Below are positions 48,896 to 61,645 of a stretch of DNA of 64,000 nucleotides, piece after piece. The notes below the pieces were generated by a model. That model had not been told where the DNA came from. It made no database searches and saw only the letters and a program-made list of their open reading frames with translations. A program made the position numbers and the translations under genes. The stretch is from Synechococcus sp. ChBW.bin.23 (GTDB lineage: Bacteria; Cyanobacteriota; Cyanobacteriia; PCC-6307; Cyanobiaceae). Numbering within the stretch: the stretch's first letter is position 1; every line of letters starts with the position of its first letter. Location of the stretch: NCBI GenBank assembly GCA_037620855.1, contig JASJLK010000091.1:13589-77588 (forward strand). The letters are read 5' to 3'.

Positions 48896-49670
48896 GGCCG
48901 GAATGGAGATTTTGGATTGGCTGCTGGTGGTGCCTCTGGGTCTGCTTGCCGGGGGATTGGCCGGACTGCTGGGAATTGGAGGTGGTTTGATTTTTGCCCC
49001 TCTGTTGCTCTGGATGGGGTTAACACCGCATCAGGCTTTGGCGACAAGCACTTTTGCCATTGTGCCAACGGCACTCAGTGGCACTGCAACACACCTTCGC
49101 GCTCGAACTGTGCCTGCTCAGGCTGGATTGGCCATTGGTATCGCCGCATTTGTGACGGCGTTGATTTTTAGTCGCCTGGGGCGCTTTGTTGCTGGCTGGC
49201 ATTTGTTAGCGCTTCAATCCCTGCTTTATCTGTTTTTGGCTTGCACGATTCAGTCGCGCCCAGACGATTCGGGGTCGGATGCGGATCAGACGTTTTCCTT
49301 GCCAGGACTCACCGCCGTGGGTGGCTTGGCAGGATTTGCCGGCGGAATGTTGGGCTTAGGTGGCGGGCTCGTGATGGTGCCAGTGATGGTGCGGGGGTTG
49401 GCCGTCCCGATTCGACTTGCGATTCGATTCAGCACTGTGGCAGTGGCTTGTTCCACCGCAGCGGCGTCTCTTCAGTTTCTTTCTGAAGGGAGAGGGCAAC
49501 CCACGCTGGGCCTGATTCTGGGAGGAGTGGCTGCAGTGGGCGCTCAGTGGAGCGCATCGCGTCTAGATGACGTGAGGGTTGATCGGCTGGCCTGGATGCT
49601 GCGTGGGCTTGCCATCCTGTTGGCTCTAGATAGTGCTCGGAGAGCCTTCCAGCTTGCGCTCATCGGTTGA
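48894..49670 (+). CDS. TSUP (TauE/SafE) family transporter
   Basis: GLLGIGGGLI and GMLGLGGGLVMVP internal repeats; multiple TM helices. Confidence 0.88.
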   Translation: MAGMEILDWLLVVPLGLLAGGLAGLLGIGGGLIFAPLLLWMGLTPHQALATSTFAIVPTALSGTATHLRARTVPAQAGLAIGIAAFVTALIFSRLGRFVAGWHLLALQSLLYLFLACTIQSRPDDSGSDADQTFSLPGLTAVGGLAGFAGGMLGLGGGLVMVPVMVRGLAVPIRLAIRFSTVAVACSTAAASLQFLSEGRGQPTLGLILGGVAAVGAQWSASRLDDVRVDRLAWMLRGLAILLALDSARRAFQLALIG

Positions 49671-49682
49671 TTAAGTGGATCG

Positions 49683-50687
49683 TCAGCTGACTGTGAGGGC
49701 GATCAGTGGCTGAATGCCCAAAGCGATCGTCAGGCTCACAATGAGGCCAACTCCCGCTTTCCAAATGTCTTGGCTCAGATTTTTGCTGAGCTGATCGATA
49801 GCGTTCGATGATTCATCGTTCTTGGCTGATCGTTGTCTCAAGGTCAGGGCAATCTCTCGACCGCCTAGGAGTCCGAGAAAAACCCAAGTCGTACTGAGGG
49901 GAAAGCTGCTGAACTGAGTCTGGGTCAGCAGACAGATCGCGAACATGAGATCGATCACGGTGGCTGATCGCAGGTCTGATGTGTTGGTTTTTGATCGCAG
50001 TACCCCCTGAATCGGTCCTCCTCCAACAGCGACCAATGCGCATAGTCCCAAACAAAGCGCGGCGGTGCAAAGCAGCATCGGGATTAATTCAATGCTGCGC
50101 GGTAAAAAAATAAAAATGTTCGCCAGATCCTGCACCAGCCATAGGCTCCATAACCATCCTGTTGAGCACCACTGAAGGCAGTACCAGAGTTTGTTGAAAG
50201 CTGAGTTGGTATCTGGGCTGGGCTGATGGTTGGGCTTGAACAAGCGCTCGAGCAGCTCTACTCCGAGCCCCCAGACGGCGATTCCAAGGCTGAGGGCGAG
50301 GAGATACCCCGAGACAGATCGCTCAACGAGTGTGCCGATGTTCTCTGGCACAAACGCTGAGAGCACAAGAAAAGAGGTACTCACAGGAGCACCCCAGGCC
50401 GTGAGTGCCAGCACTGCAAGGGGTGGAATGAGGTAAGCCCAAGTGAAGCAATCAGGCTGCGGAAATGATGCGAGACGCCCCCATGCCGGCTCTCCGTTGT
50501 TGATGAACCAGCCCCCCATCAACACGACGGCTGTCATCGTGCAGAGGAACACCATTTGCACCCATTTGGGCGTGCGATGTTCGTTGGACGATAGGTAGCT
50601 CCCTAGGGTCTGAAGCGAATCATTGGCAGTTACCGAATAGGCGGCCAGCAAGAAGCCGATCACCATCCACGGTGTGATCTCCATCAA
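49683..50687 (-). CDS. Multi-pass membrane protein, distant PiT-like phosphate/anion transporter candidate
   Basis: About 9-10 TMs; ANDSLQTLG and QDLANIF motifs; PVSTS and PLSTT repeats. Confidence 0.6.
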   Translation of the reverse strand: MMEITPWMVIGFLLAAYSVTANDSLQTLGSYLSSNEHRTPKWVQMVFLCTMTAVVLMGGWFINNGEPAWGRLASFPQPDCFTWAYLIPPLAVLALTAWGAPVSTSFLVLSAFVPENIGTLVERSVSGYLLALSLGIAVWGLGVELLERLFKPNHQPSPDTNSAFNKLWYCLQWCSTGWLWSLWLVQDLANIFIFLPRSIELIPMLLCTAALCLGLCALVAVGGGPIQGVLRSKTNTSDLRSATVIDLMFAICLLTQTQFSSFPLSTTWVFLGLLGGREIALTLRQRSAKNDESSNAIDQLSKNLSQDIWKAGVGLIVSLTIALGIQPLIALTVS

Positions 50688-51175
50688 CGTTGATCAAGAA
50701 GGGTCCAGAACGCTGCATCCACCTCGTAGCCAATAGTGGCGGCCATCTGGAGCAAGTTCCCTCGCTGAGATTGAGGAAGGTGTTGTCCCAGGTGATCGAG
50801 CAGCATGAACCGGTGGGTGATCCAGATCTCCAGAGCCTGAGGGTCGAAGCGAATCCCTTCATTTGGACTGAAGTCGTGGGGAACCACCATCGCTACGTGT
50901 TGGATCAGGCTTCCGCCAGATCGTTCCAGCACTAAAGGGAGCCAGGGGTGAACAGCATCTGCCCTGAGGGCCCAAAGACGGGGCTCGGGGCATTCACTGA
51001 GTTCTCTGGGGTCATCGGCATCCCGTGGCCAGTTGTACTGGAGCTCTAACCCCCCTCCATCGCTGAGAAGGTCTGTGAGTGGCCGCTCCATCCATCGGTT
51101 TAGCGCCTTGAGATCAAGCGTCTGAATGGCAGCGACATCGATAACAACGGGTTGCGTCCAACTTTTGACATCCAT
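50684..51175 (-). CDS. CRR6-family NDH-1 assembly factor
   Basis: DPRELSE.PEPRLW, D..HPWLP, EGIRF.PQALE. Confidence 0.85.
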   Translation of the reverse strand: MDVKSWTQPVVIDVAAIQTLDLKALNRWMERPLTDLLSDGGGLELQYNWPRDADDPRELSECPEPRLWALRADAVHPWLPLVLERSGGSLIQHVAMVVPHDFSPNEGIRFDPQALEIWITHRFMLLDHLGQHLPQSQRGNLLQMAATIGYEVDAAFWTLLDQR

Positions 51176-51254
51176 GGGGGTGTGACAGGCCTTTGCGAAT
51201 GATGGCTTGAAGAGGGGGTTAGGAGAAAGAATGGAGGGGCGTTATGAATCCGTC

Positions 51255-51359
51255 ATGGTCAGTTCTATTACTCAAACTGAGATTTTCATCGCTCTAGTGG
51301 TGGCTGCCCATGCCGGCGTGTTGGCTGTGCGTCTTTGTGTGAGCCTGTATCGGGCGTGA
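51255..51359 (+). CDS. psaM: Photosystem I subunit XII
   Basis: Not in the ORF track (34 aa). Translated by hand: MVSSITQTEIFIALVVAAHAGVLAVRLCVSLYRA. Confidence 0.92.
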   Translation: MVSSITQTEIFIALVVAAHAGVLAVRLCVSLYRA

Positions 51360-51372
51360 ACTGACGTACGCG

Positions 51373-51807
51373 TTGAGCGATGGGCTCTTGCAGTCTTTGT
51401 CCGCTGCGTTACAAGCGGATATGGCTAAGGCAGCTTCATCGCCAACAAGACAACGATCCAGGTCATCTGATCGCTCCGCTAAGGAAAGGGTCGATGCTGT
51501 AACGCTTGCTGCCCTGATTCAAAATCAGGGCGATCGCAGAGACATGCTCTGCAGCGGCCTTGCACTGGCTGTGAAAATTGGTCTGATCAGCCTTGGTGGA
51601 GTCAGTCTTGTCAGGCTTTCGATGGCTTACCAGGAGCGCTTAGACCGCCATGGAGAGCTTGCCGCTGTTGTGGATGTGGAGACCACTAAGCTTCTTGGCC
51701 TACAGCAACGTTTTGATCGTTTGTTCACTCTCGGTGGAAGAGATCGCCTGATGAATGAACAGGATCAATGGATCGCTCCAAACCGTCTTCGCATTATCTG
51801 GCGCTGA
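51373..51807 (+). CDS. Single-TM coiled-coil protein (FtsB/DivIC-like architecture)
   Basis: One TM (GLALAVKIGLISLGGVSL), heptad region, C-terminal EQDQWIAPNRLRIIW. Confidence 0.6.
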   Translation: MSDGLLQSLSAALQADMAKAASSPTRQRSRSSDRSAKERVDAVTLAALIQNQGDRRDMLCSGLALAVKIGLISLGGVSLVRLSMAYQERLDRHGELAAVVDVETTKLLGLQQRFDRLFTLGGRDRLMNEQDQWIAPNRLRIIWR

Positions 51808-51871
51808 AAATTCCTGGCTTTATGCGATGCATTCGCAGCAACGCTTGAAAGGTCAGACTGGAATCAAATAA

Positions 51872-53788
<1,917 letters not shown>

Positions 53789-53866
53789 TCAATTCGTGAT
53801 CGAAACATCAGGACTGATGGTGTTGAAATACTGACGAGGATTGAGTGAATTGGCATAAAAATAGCT

Positions 53867-53900
53867 GGATGATTGAGTACAAAGACTCAGTCGATCATCC
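53867..53900 (-). other. Intercistronic stem-loop between chlB and chlL
   Basis: GGATGAT/ATCATCC and TGAGT/ACTCA arms with a 4-nt bulge; T5 run 5 nt downstream on the minus strand. Confidence 0.6.
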
Positions 53901-53946
53901 CTTGTTGTGGGTTTGAAATTGAAGCTAAGGACGGTTTGTTTGGTCG

Positions 53947-55515
53947 TTAGGCACTGAAGTGAGCTTTCGCGTCATACAGAGTTTCGCTGTCGATTTGGTT
54001 GCGTCCAGTGGATTTGGCAAATGTTTCGGTGTTTCGGCGTACTTTCCCCCGAACGAAGAAGGGGATCTTCTTCAGCTCCGCTTCTCCATCAGCAGTCCAG
54101 ACCAGCTCGTCCTTAAGGGTACTGATAGCCACCTCCGTTTCTGCAACAGCTCCAGAACCTCCCGCATGACCAAGGTGGCTTTGATGGCCATCCACGAATT
54201 CAAAATCGTGCCGGAACATGCCGATGAGGTGCTCCTCTAAGCCCATCATCAGCGGGTGCACCCAGCTGTCGAAGATCACGTTCGCTCCCTCCCAGCCCAT
54301 TTGAGGACTGTTGCGTGCCGGCACGTCTTGAACATGCATCGGTGTGCTGATCACTGCACAGGGGAGGCCAAGTCGTTTGGCGCTGTGTCGTTCCATTTGG
54401 GTCCCGAGCACCAGTTCTGGTGCAGCTGCGGCCATCGCTGCCTCGACCTCGAGGTAGTCATCACTGATGAGGGCCTCAAGTCCCATCGCTTTCGCTGCCG
54501 CTCGCACGGGTCGAGCCATCTCTCTGCTGTAGGTGCCTAGGCCCACCACTTCAAAGCCCAGCTCGTCTTTGCATATCCGCGCTGCTGCCAAGGCATGGGT
54601 TCCATCTCCAAAGATGAACACCCTTTTTCCTGTGAGGTAGGTGGAGTCGACAGATTCGGAGTACCAGGGCAGCCTGGACTGACGAATTCCCGCTTGGGGG
54701 GAAGGTGGTGTCATCCCCAGCAGATTGTGAACTTCAACAAGGAAGTCTTGGGTTGCGCCGATGCCAATCGGCACGGTGCTGGTGAACGGGATTCCAAAAC
54801 TGCGCTCGAGCCAAGCACAGCTTGATTCGGCGATCTCTGGGTATAGGCACACATTGAGGTCGGCTTCTGGGAGTCGATGCACATCTGCAACCGTGGCTCC
54901 CAACGGAGCTACTACCCCCACGTCGATGCCATGCATGCTCAGCAGTCTTTGAACTTCAAGGACATCGTCTCGACAGCGAAAGCCCAGCAACGAAGGACCC
55001 AGCAGATTCACGCGAGGACGACGTCCCTGGTGTTGCCATGCTTTGGGGTCATGCGTGAGCTCGGCAGGAGCCTGATCTTTCAACAGAGTCCGAATCAGTT
55101 GATAGAAGGTTTCTGCTGCACCCCAATTCTCTTTTTTGCTGTAGGCCGGTAGCTCCAAGTTCACGACCGGCATGCTCAATCCCATGCTGATGGCTAAGGC
55201 GCCGGCTTGGTCCTGGATTAATTCCGCGGTGCAGCTTTCGCCAACAAGAAGAGCATCGGGTTGGAAGCGATCAACCGCTTCTCTGACGTGGCGCTTCACC
55301 AGTTCCGCGGTGTCACCGCCGAGATCTCTGGCCTGAAAGGTTGTGTAGGTGACAGGAGGTCGTTTATCTCGCCGCTCGATCATCGTGAAAAGGAGATCGG
55401 CATAGGTGTCGCCCTGGGGCGAGTGCAGCACGTAATGGACACCTTCCATAGATGCTGCAATGCGCATGGCACCAACGTGAGGTGGCCCTTCGTATGTCCA
55501 GAGGGTGAGTTGCAT
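53947..55515 (-). CDS. chlB: Dark-operative protochlorophyllide reductase subunit B
   Basis: [24 protein letters not shown]-terminal PCP_red [10 protein letters not shown]. Confidence 0.97.
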   Translation of the reverse strand: MQLTLWTYEGPPHVGAMRIAASMEGVHYVLHSPQGDTYADLLFTMIERRDKRPPVTYTTFQARDLGGDTAELVKRHVREAVDRFQPDALLVGESCTAELIQDQAGALAISMGLSMPVVNLELPAYSKKENWGAAETFYQLIRTLLKDQAPAELTHDPKAWQHQGRRPRVNLLGPSLLGFRCRDDVLEVQRLLSMHGIDVGVVAPLGATVADVHRLPEADLNVCLYPEIAESSCAWLERSFGIPFTSTVPIGIGATQDFLVEVHNLLGMTPPSPQAGIRQSRLPWYSESVDSTYLTGKRVFIFGDGTHALAAARICKDELGFEVVGLGTYSREMARPVRAAAKAMGLEALISDDYLEVEAAMAAAAPELVLGTQMERHSAKRLGLPCAVISTPMHVQDVPARNSPQMGWEGANVIFDSWVHPLMMGLEEHLIGMFRHDFEFVDGHQSHLGHAGGSGAVAETEVAISTLKDELVWTADGEAELKKIPFFVRGKVRRNTETFAKSTGRNQIDSETLYDAKAHFSA

Positions 55516-55519
55516 GGCT

Positions 55520-56824
<1,305 letters not shown>

Positions 56825-56958
56825 CTATCCATCACGATGACGCCAGAATCACGTAGTGCTCAGACCTAACAAAAATCTTCGGGATCGGTGTTGATTTCCA
56901 GTTGGGCCAGATTCGCTGAAGAAGACTAAATTTCAGCACAAATGACGCCAACGCTCTG

Positions 56959-57480
56959 ATGTTGTCTTTGCGAGCTTTTCCTGCTGTTTTGGCTCTGGGT
57001 TTGGCGTTGGCCGCCTGTCAGTCAGTTGAGAAAAAGGCAGTTACAGACCAAGCAAAGGTGGTCTCAGACTCCGGCCTCGTTTGCATAGCAACTGCTGAGG
57101 TGGAAAAAGCCTTGGATAAAGTTAATGATTTAACCCCTGCCTCAACGGTGGCTGACGCTGAGGTTGCTGGTGCGTCGCTAAAGAAAGCTCTCGCCACGCT
57201 TGATCAAGCTGAAACTGAACTCCAAACCGCTGAACTGAAGGAATATCGCGACCAGGTTGCGATATTCGAAACGTTTGTGGGTCAGATCAGACAGAACAAA
57301 ACCATGACCCTCGAGGAAGCAGCTCAGCAATTGAAAGCGAAAGCTGAGCCTGTGATTGCTGCTCACGAGCAACTTGCCGAAACCACGGCTTGCATCGAAG
57401 TTGAAGACCTAACTGATTCAGGTGATGACCGTTCTCGGGACAAATCGAAGGATGACGGCCTCGAAAAGGCTGATTCCTAA
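56959..57480 (+). CDS. Hypothetical helical lipoprotein
   Basis: Lipobox LAAC at residues 17-20; amphipathic helices; acidic tail. Confidence 0.7.
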   Translation: MLSLRAFPAVLALGLALAACQSVEKKAVTDQAKVVSDSGLVCIATAEVEKALDKVNDLTPASTVADAEVAGASLKKALATLDQAETELQTAELKEYRDQVAIFETFVGQIRQNKTMTLEEAAQQLKAKAEPVIAAHEQLAETTACIEVEDLTDSGDDRSRDKSKDDGLEKADS

Positions 57481-57504
57481 TAATTTCAATCAACAGAGCG
57501 CTGT

Positions 57505-57909
57505 TCAAAGGCGACGACGGAAAAGATCGTCGCCGAATCCACCTGCTGATTGAGATGAATCCATGCCGATCTGGGTGAGACGCCACACGTTTCTGCTCAA
57601 GCGGCTCGCCCGTAGGCCTCCTCTTTCAACTTGTTCCGAACCTGGGCGGATACCAAGCAATTGGGTGACTTCCGCCGTACTCAATGGTGCCCCTGTCTTA
57701 AGCGCAAGAGATGTCAGTTCGAGTCTCTGGCGCAGCTCAACAAGATTGGCAGCACCACCATCTTCAGCAGCGCTCCAAATCCAACGACCTGGGCCTTCCT
57801 GATTGAGCTTTTGCATTAAGCCCATTCCGATCATTCCCAGCGCTTGCTCGGCGCTGAGCTCAGAACTCAAGGAAGTTGTCTCTGGGCTAAGGGTTTGATT
57901 GGCTGCCAT
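57505..57909 (-). CDS. Hypothetical protein with HTH-like segment, divergent from csoS1D
   Basis: Start moved to MAANQT at 57909 to remove the head-to-head overlap; PLSTAEVTQLLG resembles MerR/Xis-type HTH. Confidence 0.6.
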   Translation of the reverse strand: MAANQTLSPETTSLSSELSAEQALGMIGMGLMQKLNQEGPGRWIWSAAEDGGAANLVELRQRLELTSLALKTGAPLSTAEVTQLLGIRPGSEQVERGGLRASRLSRNVWRLTQIGMDSSQSAGGFGDDLFRRRL

Positions 57910-58005
57910 GCTGCACTCCCGATTTGCGCGGACGGTATCGGTTCCGTTGGCTGATGCAAGTCGCGAGACGAATTTTGTGAGCAACCTTCCGGTAACATCG
58001 CCGCA

Positions 58006-58791
58006 ATGAATCGCTTCGCCAGCTTCGATGCCCGGGAGAGGCGAGTAGGCGGAAGCTCTCTCGTCACCGGAACTGAGGTAAACACTTCGGCGAGTGGAGC
58101 CAGTTGTGTCGTCACGACCGACAGCGAATCCCCACGGCTGTTGAGACAAAACAGCCACGTGCAGTCCATTGAACTGCGCACTTATGTCTTTTTAGATTCT
58201 CTTCAACCCCAAATCGCTTCCTATATGGGGACAGTGAGTCAGGGCTTTTTGCCGATTCCAGGTGATGCTTGCCTGTGGATGGAAGTTTCACCAGGGATGG
58301 CGGTGCATCGAGTCACGGATATTGCTCTCAAGGCCAGCAATGTCCGTCTTGGGCAGATGGTGGTTGAGCGCGCCTTTGGCTCTATGGCTCTCTACCACCG
58401 AGACCAAAGCACTGTGATTCATTCCGGTGATGTTGTCCTAGAGGCGATTGGCAGTTCCATTGACCGACGAACCCCCGCCGATGTCAGTTGGACGGAAGTG
58501 ATTCGAGCCATCACCCCTGACCATGCCGTCCTCATCAATCGTCTAAATCGCAGGGGATCGATGATCGAAGCAGGAATGAGCATGTTCATTCTTGAGACAG
58601 AGCCTGCTGGCTATGTCCTTATTGCTGCGAATGAGGCTGAAAAATCATCGAACATCACCTTGGTGGATGTCAAAGCAGTTGGCGCGTTTGGACGCCTCAC
58701 ACTTGCGGGCAGAGAAGGTGATGTAGAAGAGGCTGCAGCTGCGGCCATGCGCGCGATTGAATTGATCAATCGAAGTTGTTCATCAAGGTGA
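58006..58791 (+). CDS. csoS1D: Tandem-BMC (BMC-T) carboxysome shell protein CsoS1D
   Basis: [20 protein letters not shown] gate motif, ETEPAGY, GAFGRL; position upstream of ham1-csoS1. Confidence 0.92.
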   Translation: MNRFASFDARERRVGGSSLVTGTEVNTSASGASCVVTTDSESPRLLRQNSHVQSIELRTYVFLDSLQPQIASYMGTVSQGFLPIPGDACLWMEVSPGMAVHRVTDIALKASNVRLGQMVVERAFGSMALYHRDQSTVIHSGDVVLEAIGSSIDRRTPADVSWTEVIRAITPDHAVLINRLNRRGSMIEAGMSMFILETEPAGYVLIAANEAEKSSNITLVDVKAVGAFGRLTLAGREGDVEEAAAAAMRAIELINRSCSSR

Positions 58792-58832
58792 TGGGTGAGG
58801 CGGCTGATCCCAACTCACGACGAAAGTGGTGG

Positions 58833-59411
58833 TCAACGAATCCCTAGATGCTGACGTAGGCGTGGGGCCATTTCTCTTGCCGCTTTTCCTCGGCTTCCGA
58901 GTCGACTGAGTTGGGCTGATGTCATTTCGCCGTAGCTGCATCGTGTTTCGCGAAGCCAGAACAGTGACTCCAATCCGCCACATGGATAGGCAGGCGATTG
59001 GAGTAGTTCACCCCAACAAACTCCTTCCGAGCTTTCAATCGACGCTCCGTCTGGAGAACAAAGAACCATTGCGCTGCGAAATCGTGCACTGCGATAAGGC
59101 TGGTCAGCCATGGATCGAAGCAACTTAGAAATTTTCTCGTCGTCAGTGGGGGCAAGACGTGCTGTGTAGAGGCCAGGAGCCCCATTAAGGGCATCAACCT
59201 CCAGTCCAGAATCATCTGCAAGAGCCCAGTTTCCTGTTAGCTGTGCGGCTGCAGACGCCTTGAGGAGAGCGTTTTCGAGATAGGACGTACCTGTCTCATC
59301 AACCTCGAGCTCGGCAGGCTGTCGCAGTACGTGGAGTGGGAGAGGCCCGAGCATCTCCTCAATTTCAGCAACTTTGCGTGGATTGCCGCTGGCAATCGTC
59401 AGGTTGAGCAC
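58833..59411 (-). CDS. HAM1/RdgB-family NTP pyrophosphatase homolog
   Basis: ASGNPRK, E.G.SY.ENA..KA, ADDSGLEVDALNGAPG; C-terminal specificity motifs diverged. Confidence 0.88.
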   Translation of the reverse strand: MLNLTIASGNPRKVAEIEEMLGPLPLHVLRQPAELEVDETGTSYLENALLKASAAAQLTGNWALADDSGLEVDALNGAPGLYTARLAPTDDEKISKLLRSMADQPYRSARFRSAMVLCSPDGASIESSEGVCWGELLQSPAYPCGGLESLFWLRETRCSYGEMTSAQLSRLGSRGKAAREMAPRLRQHLGIR

Positions 59412-59627
59412 TGAAGAGGATCAAGTGAATCCCATTGTGTGGGATGAGGGTAAAAATATTGATCAGATTTAAAAATGAAGCTCAGCTGGGGTTGAACATT
59501 CCACTCCGCTTACGCGAAAACTTTGCTTCGGCGGAAAGTTATGGGCTTCTAGGACCCTTGCCTACCGCTTGTGTTGGTGTACTCACCCGAACCCGCACAG
59601 GGCTTCAGATCAGTCTGGGCAAGGCTG

Positions 59628-59642
59628 ATAAGTATTACTTAT
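59628..59642. promoter_or_regulatory. Palindrome, LysR (CbbR/RbcR)-type site candidate
   Basis: ATAAGTA-T-TACTTAT = TAA-N7-TTA within T-N11-A. Confidence 0.55.
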
Positions 59643-59685
59643 GAAGTTCAGTATGGACAATGATCTTGCAAAGCCCCCAAACCGC

Positions 59686-59715
59686 TTGACGAGTTGGCCT
59701 CTGGCAGACCAATGT
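59686..59715 (+). promoter_or_regulatory. Candidate sigma70 promoter of the cso operon
   Basis: TTGACG, 18-nt spacer, CAATGT; 36 nt upstream of the csoS1 ATG; weak -10. Confidence 0.35.
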
Positions 59716-59751
59716 CACACCGAACATTCCACCCCCCTTACTCGGTAGGCA

Positions 59752-60063
59752 ATGGCTAACGAAACCATGGGTATCGCTCTCGGCATGATCGAGACACGCG
59801 GCCTGGTCCCAGCGATCGAAGCAGCTGATGCAATGACGAAGGCTGCTGAAGTGCGCCTGATTGGACGTGAATTCGTCGGCGGTGGCTACGTCACAGTTTT
59901 GGTGCGTGGCGAAACAGGTGCTGTGAACGCGGCTGTGCGTGCAGGTGCAGATGCTTGCGAGCGTGTCGGAGACGGCCTAGTAGCGGCTCACATTATTGCT
60001 CGCCCTCACCGCGAAGTTGAGCCAGCACTCGGCAACGGCAACTTCGTCGGACAGAAGGACTGA
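59752..60063 (+). CDS. csoS1: Alpha-carboxysome major shell protein (BMC-H)
   Basis: ALGMIETRG, AADAMTKAAEV, FVGGGY pore motif, HIIARPH. Confidence 0.97.
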   Translation: MANETMGIALGMIETRGLVPAIEAADAMTKAAEVRLIGREFVGGGYVTVLVRGETGAVNAAVRAGADACERVGDGLVAAHIIARPHREVEPALGNGNFVGQKD

Positions 60064-60131
60064 GATTTGCCGCTAATCCTCTGACGAGGAAGCGCATTTC
60101 ATTCCCTTTACCGACTTAACGGAATTAATCC

Positions 60132-61544
60132 ATGAGCAAGAAGTACGACGCTGGCGTCAAGGAGTACAGAGACACTTACTGGACTCCTGATTACGTTCCC
60201 CTAGACACTGACCTGCTGGCCTGCTTTAAATGCACTGGCCAAGAAGGTGTCCCGAAAGAAGAAGTTGCAGCTGCTGTTGCCGCAGAATCTTCAACTGGTA
60301 CCTGGTCCACTGTGTGGTCTGAGCTTCTCACCGATCTCGACTTCTACAAAGGACGCTGCTACCGCATCGAAGACGTCCCTGGTGATAAGGAGGCGTTCTA
60401 TGCCTTCATCGCTTACCCCCTCGACTTGTTCGAAGAGGGTTCAATCACCAACGTTCTGACTTCCTTAGTCGGCAACGTGTTTGGCTTCAAAGCCCTGCGC
60501 CACCTGCGTCTGGAAGATATTCGCTTCCCGATTGCTTTCATCAAGTGTTGCGCTGGCCCGCCTAATGGCATTGCCGTTGAGCGTGACCGGATGAACAAGT
60601 ACGGCCGCCCTCTTTTGGGTTGCACCATCAAGCCAAAGCTTGGTTTGAGCGGTAAGAACTACGGCCGTGTTGTCTATGAGTGCCTTCGCGGCGGCCTGGA
60701 CTTCACCAAAGATGACGAGAACATCAACTCCCAGCCGTTCCAGCGCTGGCAGAACCGGTTCGAATTTGTTGCGGAAGCAATTAAGATTGCCGAAGGGGAA
60801 ACGGGCGAGCGGAAGGGTCATTACCTCAACGTGACTGCCAACACTCCTGAAGAGATGTACGAGCGCGCTGAGTTCGCTAAAGAACTCAATCAGCCGATTA
60901 TCATGCATGACTTCATTACCGGTGGCTTCACAGCCAACACCGGTTTGTCGAAGTGGTGCCGCAAGAACGGCATGTTGCTGCACATTCACCGTGCCATGCA
61001 CGCTGTGATCGATCGTCATCCCAAGCACGGCATTCACTTCCGCGTTCTCGCCAAGTGTCTGCGTTTGTCAGGTGGTGACCAACTCCACACCGGCACCGTG
61101 GTCGGCAAGCTGGAAGGTGATCGTCAGACCACTCTCGGCTATATCGACCAGCTCCGCGAATCCTTCGTTCCTGAAGATCGCAGCCGCGGCAACTTCTTTG
61201 ATCAGGACTGGGGTTCCATGCCTGGTGTGTTCGCCGTTGCTTCCGGCGGTATCCACGTGTGGCACATGCCCGCACTGGTTGCAATTTTCGGAGACGACTC
61301 CGTCCTCCAGTTCGGTGGTGGTACCCACGGTCACCCCTGGGGATCCGCAGCTGGTGCTGCTGCCAACCGTGTGGCCCTCGAGGCCTGCGTCAAGGCACGC
61401 AACGCTGGTCGTGAGATCGAGAAAGAAAGTCGCGACATCCTTCTGGAAGCCGGTAAGCACAGCCCTGAGCTGGCCATCGCTCTCGAGACATGGAAGGAAA
61501 TCAAGTTTGAGTTCGACACAGTCGACAAGCTCGACGTTCAGTGA
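60132..61544 (+). CDS. rbcL: RuBisCO large subunit, form IA
   Basis: [14 protein letters not shown] catalytic motif, [23 protein letters not shown]. Confidence 0.99.
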   Translation: MSKKYDAGVKEYRDTYWTPDYVPLDTDLLACFKCTGQEGVPKEEVAAAVAAESSTGTWSTVWSELLTDLDFYKGRCYRIEDVPGDKEAFYAFIAYPLDLFEEGSITNVLTSLVGNVFGFKALRHLRLEDIRFPIAFIKCCAGPPNGIAVERDRMNKYGRPLLGCTIKPKLGLSGKNYGRVVYECLRGGLDFTKDDENINSQPFQRWQNRFEFVAEAIKIAEGETGERKGHYLNVTANTPEEMYERAEFAKELNQPIIMHDFITGGFTANTGLSKWCRKNGMLLHIHRAMHAVIDRHPKHGIHFRVLAKCLRLSGGDQLHTGTVVGKLEGDRQTTLGYIDQLRESFVPEDRSRGNFFDQDWGSMPGVFAVASGGIHVWHMPALVAIFGDDSVLQFGGGTHGHPWGSAAGAAANRVALEACVKARNAGREIEKESRDILLEAGKHSPELAIALETWKEIKFEFDTVDKLDVQ

Positions 61545-61546
61545 TC

Positions 61547-61577
61547 GGTTAAGGGGTGAATTCTTCACCCTTTAACC
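61547..61577 (+). other. Stem-loop directly after the rbcL stop
   Basis: ggttaaggggtgaa-ttc-ttcaccctttaacc, 14-bp stem with one G-U pair. Confidence 0.75.
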
Positions 61578-61594
61578 AATCCTCGATATAACTC

Positions 61595-61631
61595 TGGTCG
61601 GAAAAATTTGATCCGGCCAAAACATTTTTTT
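61595..61631 (+). terminator. Second hairpin plus T7 run in the rbcL-rbcS spacer
   Basis: tggtcgga / tccggcca arms, then aaaca and TTTTTTT. Confidence 0.4.
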
Positions 61632-61645
61632 AAAGCGTGATCCCC

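Noticed and set aside
59435-59644. 69-aa ORF in the ham1-csoS1 intergenic region (similarly 11513-11728)
   Set aside because: No motif or TM/signal features; lies in a probable promoter region.
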